From positions 60,078,001-60,142,000 of the forward strand of contig CM060734.1 of the NCBI GenBank assembly GCA_030704615.1: DNA of 64,000 nucleotides, read 5' to 3'. Each line of letters begins with the position of its first letter. The stretch's first letter is position 1. The translations under genes and the position numbers were made by a program. Shown in pieces: positions 61,901 to 64,000 of the stretch. The stretch is from Takakia lepidozioides (Eukaryota > Plantae > Bryophyta). Below the pieces are notes generated by a model that was not told where the DNA came from, did not search any database, and saw nothing but the letters and a program-made list of their open reading frames with translations.

Positions 61901-64000
61901 CATGGATTTCTGTCCTAGCTAGGCATTCAGATTACTACCAGACACAGAGGAGGAACACAATGCTACCCAAGAGCACGATAATGATAGTAGTGATCGTGAG
62001 AGTGAGGAATCTGGAGGTACTAGACAGCAGCCAGGGCAAAGAGGCAAGGGATCTGAGGACGATGAGTATGAGAATTTTGCATGGGCACAAGACCCAGCCG
62101 AGGAGTGGACGGAAGTGCATTATGCAGCTGGGTCAGAGGACCGGTTGTAGTTCCAGATCAGACACCTGCTAGGGAATCCCCACCACCAATCGATGTAACT
62201 CCAGTCTTGAGACGAGCATCCCAGCAAACACCTACAAGGAATTATGGAGGGCCCCAATTATATGCAGCCGGGGAAGGGATCAACTCACGTACCAGATCGG
62301 GTGCTCGGCCCCGCCAAAATGGCAATTGGAGTGACCAAGCTCTTGCTGGCGCCTTGGCAGCAATCGAGGCTGGGTCGTCAATCCGGGGTGCTGCAAGGCA
62401 ATTCACCATACCTACAGCTACTCTACGGGCCCACATGTATGGAACCATTCGTAGCAGATGTCGTGGCAAACATGGGGTTATGAGTGATGAAGAAGAACGA
62501 TTGTTGGTAGCATACATTGAGAGAATGCATGACGTAGGGCATTCATTGACACTAACTCAGATCAGATTGAAGATGGGTGAGATCTGTCAGCTAAGGATTA
62601 CACCGTTCGTCAATGGAATACCTGGTTTGGGATGGCTACGCTGGTTTAGGAAGAGACACCCTCATCTAAGCCTACGAGTTGCTCAAGGTCTGGAGCAGGG
62701 AAGGGCCAAGGGCCTCTGCCAAGAGAACGTTGACAGCTTCTATGCTAACCTAGGCGATCTATACAACAAAAACAACTACGACCAAGAGCGGATTTGGAAC
62801 TGTGACGAGTCGGGGGCGCAGGCAGGAAGAAATGGCGGATCTCGCATGGTGCACTCCATTTGTCCAGATGAGAGGGAGTGGCTCTTCGTATTGACCTGCA
62901 TTAATGCAGCAGGTAGTTCAATTCCTAATTTTTAAATTTTCAAAGGCAAACGCTTTCGTCGTATCTACATTGAGAGATGTGAGACGGGGGCCACAATGGC
63001 AATGCAACCAAAAGCATGGATGACAGGGATCATATTCTCTAAATGGATCTCACATTTTCTTGCATCAGTTAGAGGCATGGGGAACGAGATTACAGAGGAG
63101 AGGAGACATCTGCTGATCCTTGATGGCCATAACAACCATGTCACAATCAATGTTGTCCACCAAGCTAGGTCAGTTGGACTCGATCTGATCACGTTGCCAT
63201 CCCATACATCGCACGCACTGCAACCTCTGGATGTCTCCGTATTCAAGCCCTTCAAGACTGCATTTCAAAACTACAGGGATATATGGAGTATAGCAAACAA
63301 AGGGAAGCCAGCAAAGAAAGAGAATCTGGCGCAATGGGTTTCTTTGGGATTGAAGAAGGCACTGTCAGAAGTCAACATTAAAAAATGATTCTCCACCACC
63401 GGGATCTGGCCTCTACGGCCTACTGCAATGGCAAACAAGATGGGGCCATCATCTACTTTTGCACAAGATCCACCTGCAGAAGATCAAGATCACACAGCGA
63501 AGACAATCAATCACATGAGGACAAGCAACCGGATCCAGCCATTGAAGAGGTGATAGGCAACATGGTTCCCGAAACCCAAGAGGAATGTATGCACTACTAT
63601 GTGCATATGGAGGATGATGACGGGCCCACAGATCAGGCCCCTAATGATGAGAGCAGCCTGGAATCCCAACCACTTGCCCGAGACCAGGAGCTCTCGATGC
63701 TCGCATTCACGGGTCCCACTAGTATAGCCAGGTTTCTCACCCTTGCGGAGGCTCCTGCACCCACTAGAAGACGAACGACTCAAGATGGGCAAGTGTTAAT
63801 CGATTACTCCAAATCCATAATTATGACCAGCGACGACTACGTCAACTCCCTTGAGCAGAAAACACGACTCAAGGCGGAAGCAATTGCAGCCAAAGAGAAG
63901 AAACAAGAGGACCAGCGCATTGCACGGGAAAAGAAGGTAGTAGAAAAATTAGCCAAGCAAGAGGCGACTCGGATCAGAAAGGAAGAAGCGGCAGCAAAGA
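61901..64000 (+). mobile_element. pogo/Tc1-mariner superfamily DDE transposase pseudogene (runs off the window)
   Basis: psq-type HTH (WSDQAL..SIRGAARQFTIPTATL), CENP-B HTH (GWLRWFRKRHP), catalytic WNCDESG, LILDGH and LQPLDV. Stops at 62935 and 63388. Confidence 0.9.

Overview
Eukaryotic DNA, most likely from a non-seed land plant (bryophyte or lycophyte). This is inferred from GT-AG introns, CCCTAAA telomeric motifs, a plant-type primase and a Tcn1-like chromovirus. The window is a heavily nested, rearranged transposon region with no clearly intact host gene. It holds at least five Ty3/gypsy families, an endonuclease-less Penelope-like element with a minimal hammerhead ribozyme and telomeric repeats, a pogo-type DDE transposase, a probable tRNA-derived SINE, a PRIM1 pseudogene and two copies of a Crinkler-like NTPase+REase gene. 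Highlight 1: a Ty3/gypsy element (38.1-44.4 kb, minus) whose pol carries a complete C5-cytosine DNA methyltransferase between protease and RT, plus a PHD finger after the integrase. Highlight 2: a spliced beta-class amino (N4C/N6A) DNA methyltransferase-like gene (8.1-9.5 kb, minus) that is only visible after joining four exons. Highlight 3: a large gypsy family (three partial copies plus a solo LTR) with an extra ORF upstream of gag, about 4.4 kb of extra 3' ORFs and CACAGC motif arrays in both the LTR and the internal region.
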